A stretch of DNA of 64,000 bases from an uncultured Planctomycetaceae bacterium (GTDB lineage: Bacteria; Planctomycetota; Planctomycetia; Pirellulales; Thermoguttaceae): the NCBI GenBank assembly GCA_963754135.1, contig CAVWEY010000002.1, positions 929,043 to 993,042 of the forward strand. The letters run 5' to 3'. Below, piece after piece: positions 18,451 to 26,971 of the stretch. Each line of letters starts with the position of its first letter. The stretch's first letter is position 1. The position numbers and the translations under genes are program-made. The notes below the pieces were generated by a model. That model worked only from the letters and a program-made list of their open reading frames with translations, did no database searches and was not told the DNA's origin.

Positions 18451-18900
18451 TCACGAGCATAGGTACACGATGAAGCGTCGTATCCAAGTGAAGATTCTCC
18501 GAAAGGCGACAACAAGCCAGTTACCGTCACCGCTGTTATGAGTGGCCGGGGAATTGGCGATGTTCAAGCCGGCCACGTTACCGCCCCGTACAGGTCCGTA
18601 GAAATTGACGGAGTGGTCGTTGTTAACCATCGTCGTTGGCTCGAAAAGGGGTTGCTCATCAACAGACGCGCCGTCCGCGTCGCTTTGATCTGTCCTGCGA
18701 CCGGCCGCAAACGCCAGAATGTCTTTCCCGAGAACATAAGACCGCCGGCCAATCTTCCGCACCGGCAGGCCGTGCCGTCGGGCTTCGCGCAGGGCATACC
18801 TGCCCAGCCCCAGCCGCGCCCGGATTTCCGCCAGCGTGTACATGCCGTCGGCGGAAATCTCGCCCGAAACCGCGCCGGGCTGTTTCTGTGAACCGCTCAT
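18451..18900 (-). CDS. helix-turn-helix (excisionase/AlpA-like) DNA-binding protein with a C-terminal domain of unknown function
   Basis: From MSGSQKQ...; MYTLAEIRARLGLGRYALREARRHGLPVRKIGRRSYVLGKDILAFAAG HTH. Confidence 0.5.
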   Translation of the reverse strand: MSGSQKQPGAVSGEISADGMYTLAEIRARLGLGRYALREARRHGLPVRKIGRRSYVLGKDILAFAAGRRTDQSDADGASVDEQPLFEPTTMVNNDHSVNFYGPVRGGNVAGLNIANSPATHNSGDGNWLVVAFRRIFTWIRRFIVYLCS

Positions 18901-18949
18901 CGCTCTAACTCCGTTGTGATTTTGCAGGCCGCACCTTGCCGCCTGCACA

Positions 18950-19122
18950 ACGGAAATTGAACCGGGTAAACGTGAAAGAATGAAACGCGCGCCAATTCAT
19001 TCACACAAGGGGCGCGGTTCGTTCACAAGAAAGCCCCTGAAAACAAGGGGCATTGCATCGGAAAAGGTTTTGATTCGATGCTGGAAAATCGTTGTGAAAG
19101 AATTTGATTCTTTCACATTCAT
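18950..19122. promoter_or_regulatory. low-GC regulatory region with a 10-bp perfect inverted repeat GTGAAAGAAT-ttg-ATTCTTTCAC and three TTC(A/G)TTCACA half-site-like repeats
   Basis: Directly upstream of the HTH gene start and downstream of the 19123..19941 gene. Confidence 0.4.
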
Positions 19123-19941
19123 TCACAACTGCCGATTCTCGGCGGTGTTGTCGCCTTTGCCCGATTCAGATTTCAGGTGTCGGGCAAGGTCCGCGCTGAT
19201 ACCGTACTTGTCGGCAACCGCGTCAACGTTCAATCCCTTTCGGAAGTCGGCCGCAATCTTGCTGTTGCGGACTTGAACGTTTGGGTCTTTCTTTCGCCCG
19301 CCGCCTCGCTTCGCCGGCGCCTTGGGATCGCCCACAGTCGCCGCTCCCGGATCGGGGCCGCCGGCCGCCGCCAGGCAATCTGCTAGCGCGTGCAAGCCAC
19401 GTGCGTACCAAAAACCTTCCTCTTGGGATGTCGCCCGAGGTGATAGCTCGGACGGAAAACCGGGCAGCGCAGTCGAGCCCAAACGGAATAGCAGTTCGTA
19501 CGTTAATCCCGACCACTCCGGTCGAGGAGGATTCTCATATGGGGCCTGGTCGAGGTTTAGCTTGCGATTCTGATCGGCCGCCCACTGAAGGACGGGCTCT
19601 TGTCTTAGCCCGCCGCGGCAGTGGGCCTGCCACAGCAACGCATCAGCCGCGTCTATCTGCGCGAAGTCGCCTTCGCTGATCTTCGCCGCAATCTGACGGA
19701 GTTGGTCGGGGACGCCCGAAATCGAAACGGCCACGATCCTGCCTTTCGATAGTCGGGCCGAACCGGGCAGGGGCCACCGAAAGGCGGGTAGAAGGCGGGC
19801 CGCCTGCCGGGTTCGCTTGACCGGGGCGTTGCAACGCCGCCGGCCGTCCCGATTTCCCGGATTGTACAGCCGTGCCGGCCGCGTTGCGAGAGGATCGAAG
19901 CAGCCGCGGGGCCTTGGGACGGGAAGCTCCCGCCGCGGCAT
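19123..19941 (-). CDS. hypothetical protein with a C-terminal helix-turn-helix (resolvase/Hin-like)
   Basis: 272 aa; C-terminus ...IAADFRKGLNVDAVADKYGISADLARHL. The N-terminal 100 aa may be GC-frame read-through. Confidence 0.4.
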   Translation of the reverse strand: MPRRELPVPRPRGCFDPLATRPARLYNPGNRDGRRRCNAPVKRTRQAARLLPAFRWPLPGSARLSKGRIVAVSISGVPDQLRQIAAKISEGDFAQIDAADALLWQAHCRGGLRQEPVLQWAADQNRKLNLDQAPYENPPRPEWSGLTYELLFRLGSTALPGFPSELSPRATSQEEGFWYARGLHALADCLAAAGGPDPGAATVGDPKAPAKRGGGRKKDPNVQVRNSKIAADFRKGLNVDAVADKYGISADLARHLKSESGKGDNTAENRQL

Positions 19942-20122
19942 TTTTGACCTCTGAAAATCGAATTGCGTGTGTATAAAACCCCGCCGATCGCCGGTGGCTA
20001 ACCCGGCCCGGATTGGCCGTTGGAGAACCTACCCCCCATTGTGCCGCCGAGGTCTGTGGCCGGGACCGGAGTTGCGGTGGCTGGGTGCCGCAGTAGCGGC
20101 CGGCGGCGCTGCTGGGCTGACC

Positions 20123-20383
20123 TCACTCCGCCAGCCGGAACCGCAGGCCACAAGAGCAGCGTCCCATCGCGCCGAGCTTCTCTCGCGGGACCGTATGCTC
20201 CTTGCCACAATCCGGGCAGCGGCAAATGACTGTCAGCTTGGGGTCGGCCTTGGTGGCCGGCTCTAGGTTCACCTCTCGCGGCTCACTTCCTTTCGCGTAG
20301 AGGCTGGCGCCGCCGCCGAAGCGGTGGTCAATCCACACGAATTTCCTGGCCGCAATGCTGGCAGATTTCTCCCCGCCCATCAA
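20123..20383 (-). CDS. small zinc-ribbon protein
   Basis: CRCPDCG...CSCG. May be fused to the preceding ORF by a frameshift. Confidence 0.35.
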   Translation of the reverse strand: MMGGEKSASIAARKFVWIDHRFGGGASLYAKGSEPREVNLEPATKADPKLTVICRCPDCGKEHTVPREKLGAMGRCSCGLRFRLAE

Positions 20384-20561
20384 GCCGGCCGCGGCAGCGG
20401 GGACACTGGTAGCGGTCGTCGAGGCCCAGAGCTGCGATCAGGCCAACAGGGCCGAAGAAGAGGCCGAGCAGAAATCCGCCCATAGCCGCGTTTCTCGATC
20501 CGCCCGCGAAGGCCCCGGCGATTGCCGACATTATCCACAGGACGACGATGAATCCTTCCAT
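20328..20561 (-). CDS. small membrane protein with a C-terminal zinc ribbon
   Basis: MEGFIVVLWIMSAIAGAFAGG...GFLLGLFFGPVGLIAALGL TM helices, then CPRC...CQHC. Confidence 0.4.
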   Translation of the reverse strand: MEGFIVVLWIMSAIAGAFAGGSRNAAMGGFLLGLFFGPVGLIAALGLDDRYQCPRCRGRLDGRGEICQHCGQEIRVD

Positions 20562-20578
20562 GCCCGATGTTCCTCCCT

Positions 20579-21139
20579 TCACTTCCGGTTCCGCAGGTGC
20601 CACTCGCCCTCGGTCACCTCGTCGCCGTACCAGTACCAGCGGTCGTGCGTCTCGAAATCCGACCAGGAAAACTCGGTCCAGTGGCCGTGGGGTTTGTTGG
20701 TGGTGCTCATAGGCCCTTGCGACGAAAACGGCTCGCCATTCCGGCCGTAGACCGTGAAATCGCGCCAGTAGATCGCGCCGCTCCATCGCCACCGGGAATC
20801 GTGGTAGACCGTGTGTTTTTGTCCCCTCAGCTCCAAATCGAAGCCATGATACCCCGGTAGCTGGGTATCCGGTTTCCCCCAATCTTTGCTCTCGATGTTC
20901 GTCCACGTCTCTTCATAGCCGTCGAAAGTTCCGAAGAGAAGAAGCGCGGCCGCCGCCAAAAGGAGGTACGCGACGCGCGGGATATTCCGCTTGACGTAGT
21001 TCCGATCGACGGCTTCGCAGAGCAGGAACACGGCGGCACCGAGGGCCGCGTAGTGGAAGAAGACCCAGCCGCCCGGCTCTTGTCGGAGGCCGGCTGCCCA
21101 CCAGAGCGCGCAAAGGCGCAGATGGATATCGGCGCCCAC
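20579..21139 (-). CDS. Trp/Tyr-rich integral membrane protein, unknown function
   Basis: 186 aa; N-terminal TM helices then W/Y/H-rich domain (WRWSGAIYWRDF...HDRWYWYGDE). Confidence 0.4.
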   Translation of the reverse strand: MGADIHLRLCALWWAAGLRQEPGGWVFFHYAALGAAVFLLCEAVDRNYVKRNIPRVAYLLLAAAALLLFGTFDGYEETWTNIESKDWGKPDTQLPGYHGFDLELRGQKHTVYHDSRWRWSGAIYWRDFTVYGRNGEPFSSQGPMSTTNKPHGHWTEFSWSDFETHDRWYWYGDEVTEGEWHLRNRK

Positions 21140-21584
21140 ATGGGCCGCCGGCTCGAGCGGGCGGCGCCGGCCACCACTTCTGCGCCGAACGTGCTTCCGG
21201 TTTTTGGCAGGGCTGGTGGCCTGCCGGGCGGCCGCGGTTCATCGGCCAGAGCGCCCATTCCCGACCTCCCTTGTGCGTGAGGAATGGCCGTTACCGCCAC
21301 AATCCTCCCGCGCGGCGGCTGGGAATGCAACCCCCCGCGCCGGCCAATTCCGCCACCTGCCGGCGGGCGCCGTGGCGGCCCTGGTCGCCGGGTGAGCATC
21401 AGGCCGCCGAACCCGCCGCCGCCATGACCGTTGCCACGATGCCCGCCCGCACCGGCTCGGGCAGGCCGGGCCACGCCGCAACCACGGGCGTCAGGTCGGG
21501 GGAAACGGGGCGGATTGTGCGCCAACTGTGCCGGATTCTGTGCCGTGCGGGGTTGGCGATTCTTCGCAACGTGTTGGCGGATTG

Positions 21585-21621
21585 GCGGTTGTGGAATCCG
21601 GTTCGAGTCCCCGTGCGCCCA
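21585..21621 (+). repeat. third tRNA 3'-end-like fragment (CCGGTTCGAGTCCCCGTGCGCCCA)
   Basis: T-arm plus the same acceptor 3' half TGCGCCCA. Preceded at 21530-21548 by CTGTGCCGGATTCTGTGCC, which also occurs at 17927-17945 next to the integrase fragment. Confidence 0.45.
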
Positions 21622-21951
21622 CTGGAAAGGCATTGCGTGACACTGGGTTACCGGTAGGCGTGCTCGACGGCGCGTTCTCATGCTGGCCATCGTGGCCATG
21701 TCCCGTCCGAGCTTGCCGGTGGGGAGTGCAGGCAGTCGGGGCTCGGGTTCTCCGCCCGCTGCCGATCCCACCATTTCCCCTGAAAAGGGCCAGCTTTTCG
21801 CTCCCCACCTCCGGCATACTTGCGGAAGCCGGGTCGCCGTGGGTATGATAAAGGGAACGGGTACTTGACCCGGGGGGCCCTCACTTCCGTAAAATGAAAG
21901 AGGACAATCCCGGTATTTCACCTTTGGGGGGCCAAATTGGGGAGAACGATC

Positions 21952-22461
21952 ATGTACAAGCAACTAAGTGTGGTGGCAGTGGCCTTCGCGCTGATCCTGA
22001 GTGCTTCGGCGGTGCTCGCTCAGTGCGGCTGCGGATCCGCCGAGACGACCTATGTGCCCGCGGCGCCGAGCTACTCGTATTATGCGCCGGCGGCGACGTA
22101 CTACGCGCCGACAACCACGTATTACGCGCCGCCGACGGTGACGTACTACGCACCGACAACCACGTATTATGCGCCGGCGCCCTACGCCACGTACTATGCA
22201 CAACCGTACGCGGCGTACTACGCCCCTGTGCCCTACGCCAGCTACTACGCGCCGGCGCCGTGCGCGACGTGCGCTGGCCCGGTGGTCGGGTACTACGGCG
22301 TGGCGGGGCGGAGCGTGTTCGGGCGCCGCGGCTTTACGTGCCCGGCCAGCCGATACGGAACGCCTTCCGGGCGCTCACGCCGTAAGGGCGGTGTCGGCGG
22401 GGACGGATTAGGAAATCCGTCCTACGCTGTTCGACGCTCGAGCTGTCGTTCGTGCGGCTAG
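21952..22461 (+). CDS. secreted Tyr-rich repeat protein (TYYAP repeats)
   Basis: Signal peptide MYKQLSVVAVAFALILSASAVLA, CGCGS, then tandem (T/S)YYAP(x)3 repeats encoded by a 24-27-nt DNA repeat. The C-terminal frame is uncertain. Confidence 0.45.
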   Translation: MYKQLSVVAVAFALILSASAVLAQCGCGSAETTYVPAAPSYSYYAPAATYYAPTTTYYAPPTVTYYAPTTTYYAPAPYATYYAQPYAAYYAPVPYASYYAPAPCATCAGPVVGYYGVAGRSVFGRRGFTCPASRYGTPSGRSRRKGGVGGDGLGNPSYAVRRSSCRSCG

Positions 22462-23067
22462 TGCGCCGGCGGGGCCATCATGGGCTGCGGCGGCGGGTTG
22501 GCGGGCGCCACGTCGGGCGGCGTGGGATTGGTCGGGCCGGTCACCGGAGCGGGTTGTTCTACCGGCCGGCGGTACAGCTCCCAACCGTGGTCCGAAGAGC
22601 CGAAGGCGTAGACGCCCGGCTCCAATCCGTATCGCGCCTCGCCGAAATCCTGCGCCGCGGTTGAACTCGACCACCCAGGACCGGTCCTCGACCAGTTTCT
22701 GGCTATAGCCTGGCGGAATCGTGTAGACCACGCCGTTGAGCGTGTAGTTCAGAGTCACGCCGTTGGCGGCCGGATTGACGATCTTGATCGGCAAGCCGGA
22801 GAACGGCGGATTTTCGTAGATCGGGCGCTCGGCATAGTAGTAATGGTTGCGGTAGTAGGGGTACGGGTACTTCCCATTCCCGTTGTTGTTCCAATTCTTG
22901 CCGCTATTGCCACTGTTGCCACTGTTCCCGCTGTTGCCACTGTTCCCGCTGTTGCCGCTGTTCCCGCTGTTCCCACTGTTGCCGGACGGGTTTTTCGCGG
23001 TCGCCTGGCTGGGCCAAAAGGCCGCCACAGCCAACAGAACCGATCCGAAAATGGTGACGTATCTCAT
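22462..23067 (-). CDS. secreted protein with (NSG)x9 repeat, Tyr-rich and beta-rich region; C-terminus in another frame
   Basis: Signal peptide MRYVTIFGSVLLAVAAFWPSQATA. Nine tandem GGCAACAGC-type nonamers encode NSGNSGNSG... The plausible continuation (...FGEARYGLEPGVYAFGSSDHGWELYRRPV...) is in a different frame after about 22650. Confidence 0.45.
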
Positions 23068-23254
23068 TGTGTACTCCTTCGTCTACAAAAGGGTAATCGC
23101 GCGGTCAACGCGCTGCGCCAAGCCGGCGAACAAATCGTGGCCGCGCAAAACGCATACAGACGCTACTGAATTGATACGCGGCGGCCAGGGACCGGGCTAC
23201 CCTCTTTCGAGGCAAGGCATGAAGCGGCAAGATGCCGCTCCTTCAGCACTGCCC

Positions 23255-24055
23255 CTAGTACGCCTGGGAACGCGATGCGGAACTCACCGTGCTCTTGGCC
23301 CGCTCTTCGGCGGCTTGCTGGGCGATGAGCACCAGCCGCTGGGCGCCGAGAAGCTCGAATGGCGAGAAGCGGGCGGGATCGGCAAATGGGCCCATCATGC
23401 CGCGCTGCAACATCCGGCCCCAGTCCAGGCCGTTGTTGACGTGCCAGGCCGCCGCCTGCACCATCCGCATGTTGACGTTGCTCGAGGAGATCATGCGGCA
23501 AAGCTCGAAGACCTCCGGCTTGTCGGTGATCTGCGAAAGGGGCTTCACCTGGTAGGGGATTCGCGCCGACGGGCCGCGCTTGTACCGCTCCAGGCAGACC
23601 GAGCGGAGCATCACCCGGCTCAGCCCGCCGGCGGGCACGTCGAGATGGGCCGTCGAGCCGCCGGGCTGGTAGAGGGTCTCAGGCGGGGCCATCCCCAGGG
23701 CCTGCGTCGAACCCGGATTGCCGACCGGCGGGTCCCCAGCCGCCTGGCTGCCGCCGGACCGCTGCGCGAGGACCGGAACGCCGCCGAAGGCCTCGGGCAG
23801 TTGGACCTGGAGCGGCCGGTCCGTGGCATTGCGGACCATCAGCAAACATTGGTCGGCATTCTTGGCGGTCAAGCGGACTTTGATCTGCCCCTTCTCGATG
23901 GCCGGGAACAACTCGACCGACTCCGCCTTGACTTCAGGTTGCGGCGTCTTGGTCCGAGCTTTGCGCGGCTCGGCCGCCAGCAGCATCGCCGGGATCAGCA
24001 GGAGAGGAACCCAGACGCCGCAGCGAAACGCCGGCAAACCAAGAACTGTCCTCAT
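23255..24055 (-). CDS. hypothetical secreted protein
   Basis: Start at MRTVLGLPAFRCGVWVPLLLIPAMLLAAEP (signal peptide). No family recognised. Confidence 0.4.
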   Translation of the reverse strand: MRTVLGLPAFRCGVWVPLLLIPAMLLAAEPRKARTKTPQPEVKAESVELFPAIEKGQIKVRLTAKNADQCLLMVRNATDRPLQVQLPEAFGGVPVLAQRSGGSQAAGDPPVGNPGSTQALGMAPPETLYQPGGSTAHLDVPAGGLSRVMLRSVCLERYKRGPSARIPYQVKPLSQITDKPEVFELCRMISSSNVNMRMVQAAAWHVNNGLDWGRMLQRGMMGPFADPARFSPFELLGAQRLVLIAQQAAEERAKSTVSSASRSQAY

Positions 24056-24085
24056 CTCAGCCTCCCTCCCTCTCACCGTAGGACC

Positions 24086-24152
24086 CAATGTAGTCCGCAC
24101 ACGCCGTGTGCGGGAACTGCTGCCGGCACACGGCGTGTGCCGACTACATTGG
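24086..24152. repeat. REP-like composite palindrome (CAATGTAGTCCGCACACGCCGTGTGCGG ... CCGGCACACGGCGTGTGCCGACTACATTG)
   Basis: Two GC-rich hairpins nested in a longer inverted repeat, intergenic. Confidence 0.5.
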
Positions 24153-24404
24153 CGAACGCCGCCTAACCATCAGCATAACCCGTCGCCTCGAAAAAAGGAA
24201 ACCACCCTCGCGGGAAAGGGGACTAGCTCCGTCGCCCCGATCGGCCCGTGTTGCCGAAATGGCCTACGGCGACGGTGCCTGTCCCCTTTCCCGCGCGGCG
24301 TTGCGGCTCTCTCAGTTGGTCAGCAAGTTCACAAATTTGGCTCATCCGGCTGAAGCGTACCTGGGGGTTGAAAAAGTGTGGACATGCTTATCCCATAAGG
24401 GGTT

Positions 24405-25530
24405 GTGCAAACGACCCTTAACACGGGAGGAGTCAGCATGTCCACGAGTTTGTTGTACCACGGATTTGGGATTCGTGGCTATCGGTATGTTCGCACGGAG
24501 TACATCGAGGGCGGGGTAGTGTTTACCATCGTTCAAGACCCCAAGACGTGTCGTTGCCCGGCATGTGGCGGGAGGAGTATCATCCTCAAAGGCGGGGTGA
24601 CACGGCGATTTCGCGGATTGCCCATCGGCGGCAGGAAGGTGACGTTCGTGTTTCGGGTGCCCCGCATACGCTGCCACGACTGCAACGTCGTCCGCCAAAC
24701 GGCCCTCGGGTTTGCCGATCCCCGGCGGACCTACATCCGAAGTTTCGCCCAATACGTCCTGCATCTGGCACGATTGATGACCATTCAGGACGTCGCCTTG
24801 CACTTGGAAGTCAGTTGGGACGTCGTCAAGGAGATCGTCAAGAGCGACCTGCAACGGCGATTCTCCCATCCCAAGCTCAAGGACCTGCGGCAGATCGCCA
24901 TCGACGAGATTTTGACGGCCAAGGGCCATCGCTATCTGACCATCGTTTTGGACCTCGAACATCGACGCCGTGACCACGCACCTGCCTGATGCCGTCTTGG
25001 TATTCGACCGCTTTCACGTCACGAAACTCTTCAACGACAAGCTTTCCGAGTTGCGGCGGGAGCTGTATCGTTCGACCAAGGACGGCTTGGAGAAAGACGT
25101 GCTCAAGGGAACCCGCTGGCTGCTGCTGAAGAAACCGGAGACCCTTGAGGCCTCGCGCAATGAGCATCAGCGCTTGGAAGAGGCCTTGCGTCTGAACGCC
25201 CCATTGGCCACCGCCTACTATCTCAAGGAAGAGTTGGGGGAATTCTGGGAGCAAGACAGCCAGGAGGAAGCCGAGGCGTTCCTCTTGGATTGGATTCTCC
25301 GCGCGGAATCGACCGGCATCCGCATCCTTCACCAATTCGCCCGGACGCTCCGTTTTCACGCCCACGGCCTCCTGGCCTACTACGACTACGCCATCTCCAC
25401 CGGACCGCTGGAGGGCATCAACAACAAGATCAAAACCATGAAACGTCAAGCCTATGGCTTCCGAGACCACCAGTTCTTCATCCTCAAAATCTACGCTCTC
25501 CACGAAGCCAGGTACGCTTTAGTCGGATGA
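24405..25530 (+). pseudogene. ISL3-family transposase, internally deleted and split between frames
   Basis: N-terminal zinc finger (KTCRCPACGG...RCHDC), HTH, and IAIDEILTAKGHRYLTIVLDLE. The block normally between VLDLE... and ...HLPDAVLVFDRFHV (about 60-70 aa) is missing. The C-terminal half (ORF 24970..25530) is in another frame. Candidate terminal repeat AAGCGTACCTGG at about 24352 and inverted at about 25512. Confidence 0.7.
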
Positions 25531-25545
25531 ACCGTTTTTTGTCTC

Positions 25546-26968
25546 TCACCCCTCATCCTTCATCCACTCCGCCACTTGCCGGGCAACCTCCTCAGCGTTG
25601 GTCAGGTAGTGCCGCCAGCCGGCGCGGCGGAGCATGATGTCCTCGGGATATACGGCCCACTCGTTGCGGCAGTAGTACACGACCAGCTCGCGCGAGACGG
25701 GCGGCGGCAGGATGCCGCTGCCGGCCAGCGCCGCCTCGCTTGGCGGCAACAGCGGCTCATCGGCGGTGCGGCAGGGCGGGCACTTTCGGCCTAGGCGGCC
25801 CACGATCCGGTCGATGACCTGTTGGGCGATGAGGCGGTGGGTGGTGAGCTTGCCGCCGGCCACGTCGAACCAGCTCGGCTCCGGCATGGTAATTTGATGG
25901 GCGCGAGAGATATTGGAGGGGCCGCCCCGCTTGGACGCAATCAACGGCCGCAGCCCGGCCCACGTGCTGATCACGTCCGCCGGCTCCAGTGCGGCCGAGG
26001 GGAACGCCCGGTTGACCACCGCCAGGATGTACGCCACGTCGGCCGGCTCCGTGGGCACGTCGTCCAGTGGGCCGTCGTAGTCGGTGTCGGTGGTGCCCAG
26101 GATTAGCCGCTCGCCCCAGGGAATGGCGAAGAGGATGCGATTGCCATCGGCCATCACGACGGCGTCGGGCAGCGGCAGCCGCCCGCGGTCGATCACCAGG
26201 TGGACGCCCTTCGTGAGCCGCAGCCGCACCCGGCTGTGTTCGAGCGACTGCGCCCAGGGGCCGGTGGCGTTGACGACGTTCCGCGCCGTCACGTCGTAGT
26301 GGCGGCCGGCAACCGTGTCGTGCAGCCGGCATTGCCAGGTTGCGCGGCCGGGCGACGCCGACAGCAGCCGCGTGTAGTTGGCCACGATGGCCCCGTGGCC
26401 GGCCGCCGAGCGGAGCGTGTCGATGACCAGCCGGGCGTCGTTGGTCAATCCGTCGAAGTACCGCACGGCCCCGGTCAGCCCGACGGACTTGATGCCGGGC
26501 AGGTGGGCTTGGACTTCCGTCGCGGACATCGGCCAGGACGGCCCGAGGTTCCGTCCCCCGCAGAGCAGATCGTAGACTTTCACGCCTATCCGCAGTTGCC
26601 AGAGCGGCCAGGGGGCGCCGCGATAGGTGGGAAAGACAAAGGACAGCGGCTCGGCCAGGTGGGGCGCGATGCGGTGCAGGATGCACTTCTCCCGGCTGGC
26701 CTCGTAAACCAGTCCGATCCGCCCCTGGGCGAGGTAGCGCAACCCGCCGTGCAGCAGCCGGCTCGACCGGCTGCTCGTGCCGAAGGCCAGGTCGAATTGT
26801 TTCGACCAGCCCGACGCGCAAGCCGCGCAGGGCGGCGTCGCGTGCCGCGCCCGCGCCCACGATCCCCCCGCCCACCACCAGAACGTCGAGCGTTTCCGCC
26901 GCCAGTTGCCCGGCCGCCGCAGCGCGGCGTTGCAGCACGGAAGGGGGAGGGGAGAGGAAGGTCTTCAT
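25546..26968 (-). CDS. FAD-dependent glycerol-3-phosphate dehydrogenase (GlpD/GlpA-like), split between two frames near 26.75 kb
   Basis: N-terminus VLVVGGGIVGAGAARDAALRGLRV (FAD-binding GxGxxG) in ORF 25757..26968. Remainder in ORF 25546..26742 with GlpD-like blocks (VVNATGPW, VAGGKLTTHR). Confidence 0.65.
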
Positions 26969-26971
26969 GCT

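Noticed and set aside
22870-22990. Regularly spaced short direct repeats that could be mistaken for a CRISPR array (GGCAACAGC-type nonamers), and the TYYAP-encoding repeats at 22060-22260
   Set aside because: Units are 9 nt (or 24-27 nt) with no spacers and are translated in frame as NSG / TYYAP tandem peptide repeats inside ORFs with signal peptides. No cas genes anywhere in the window.
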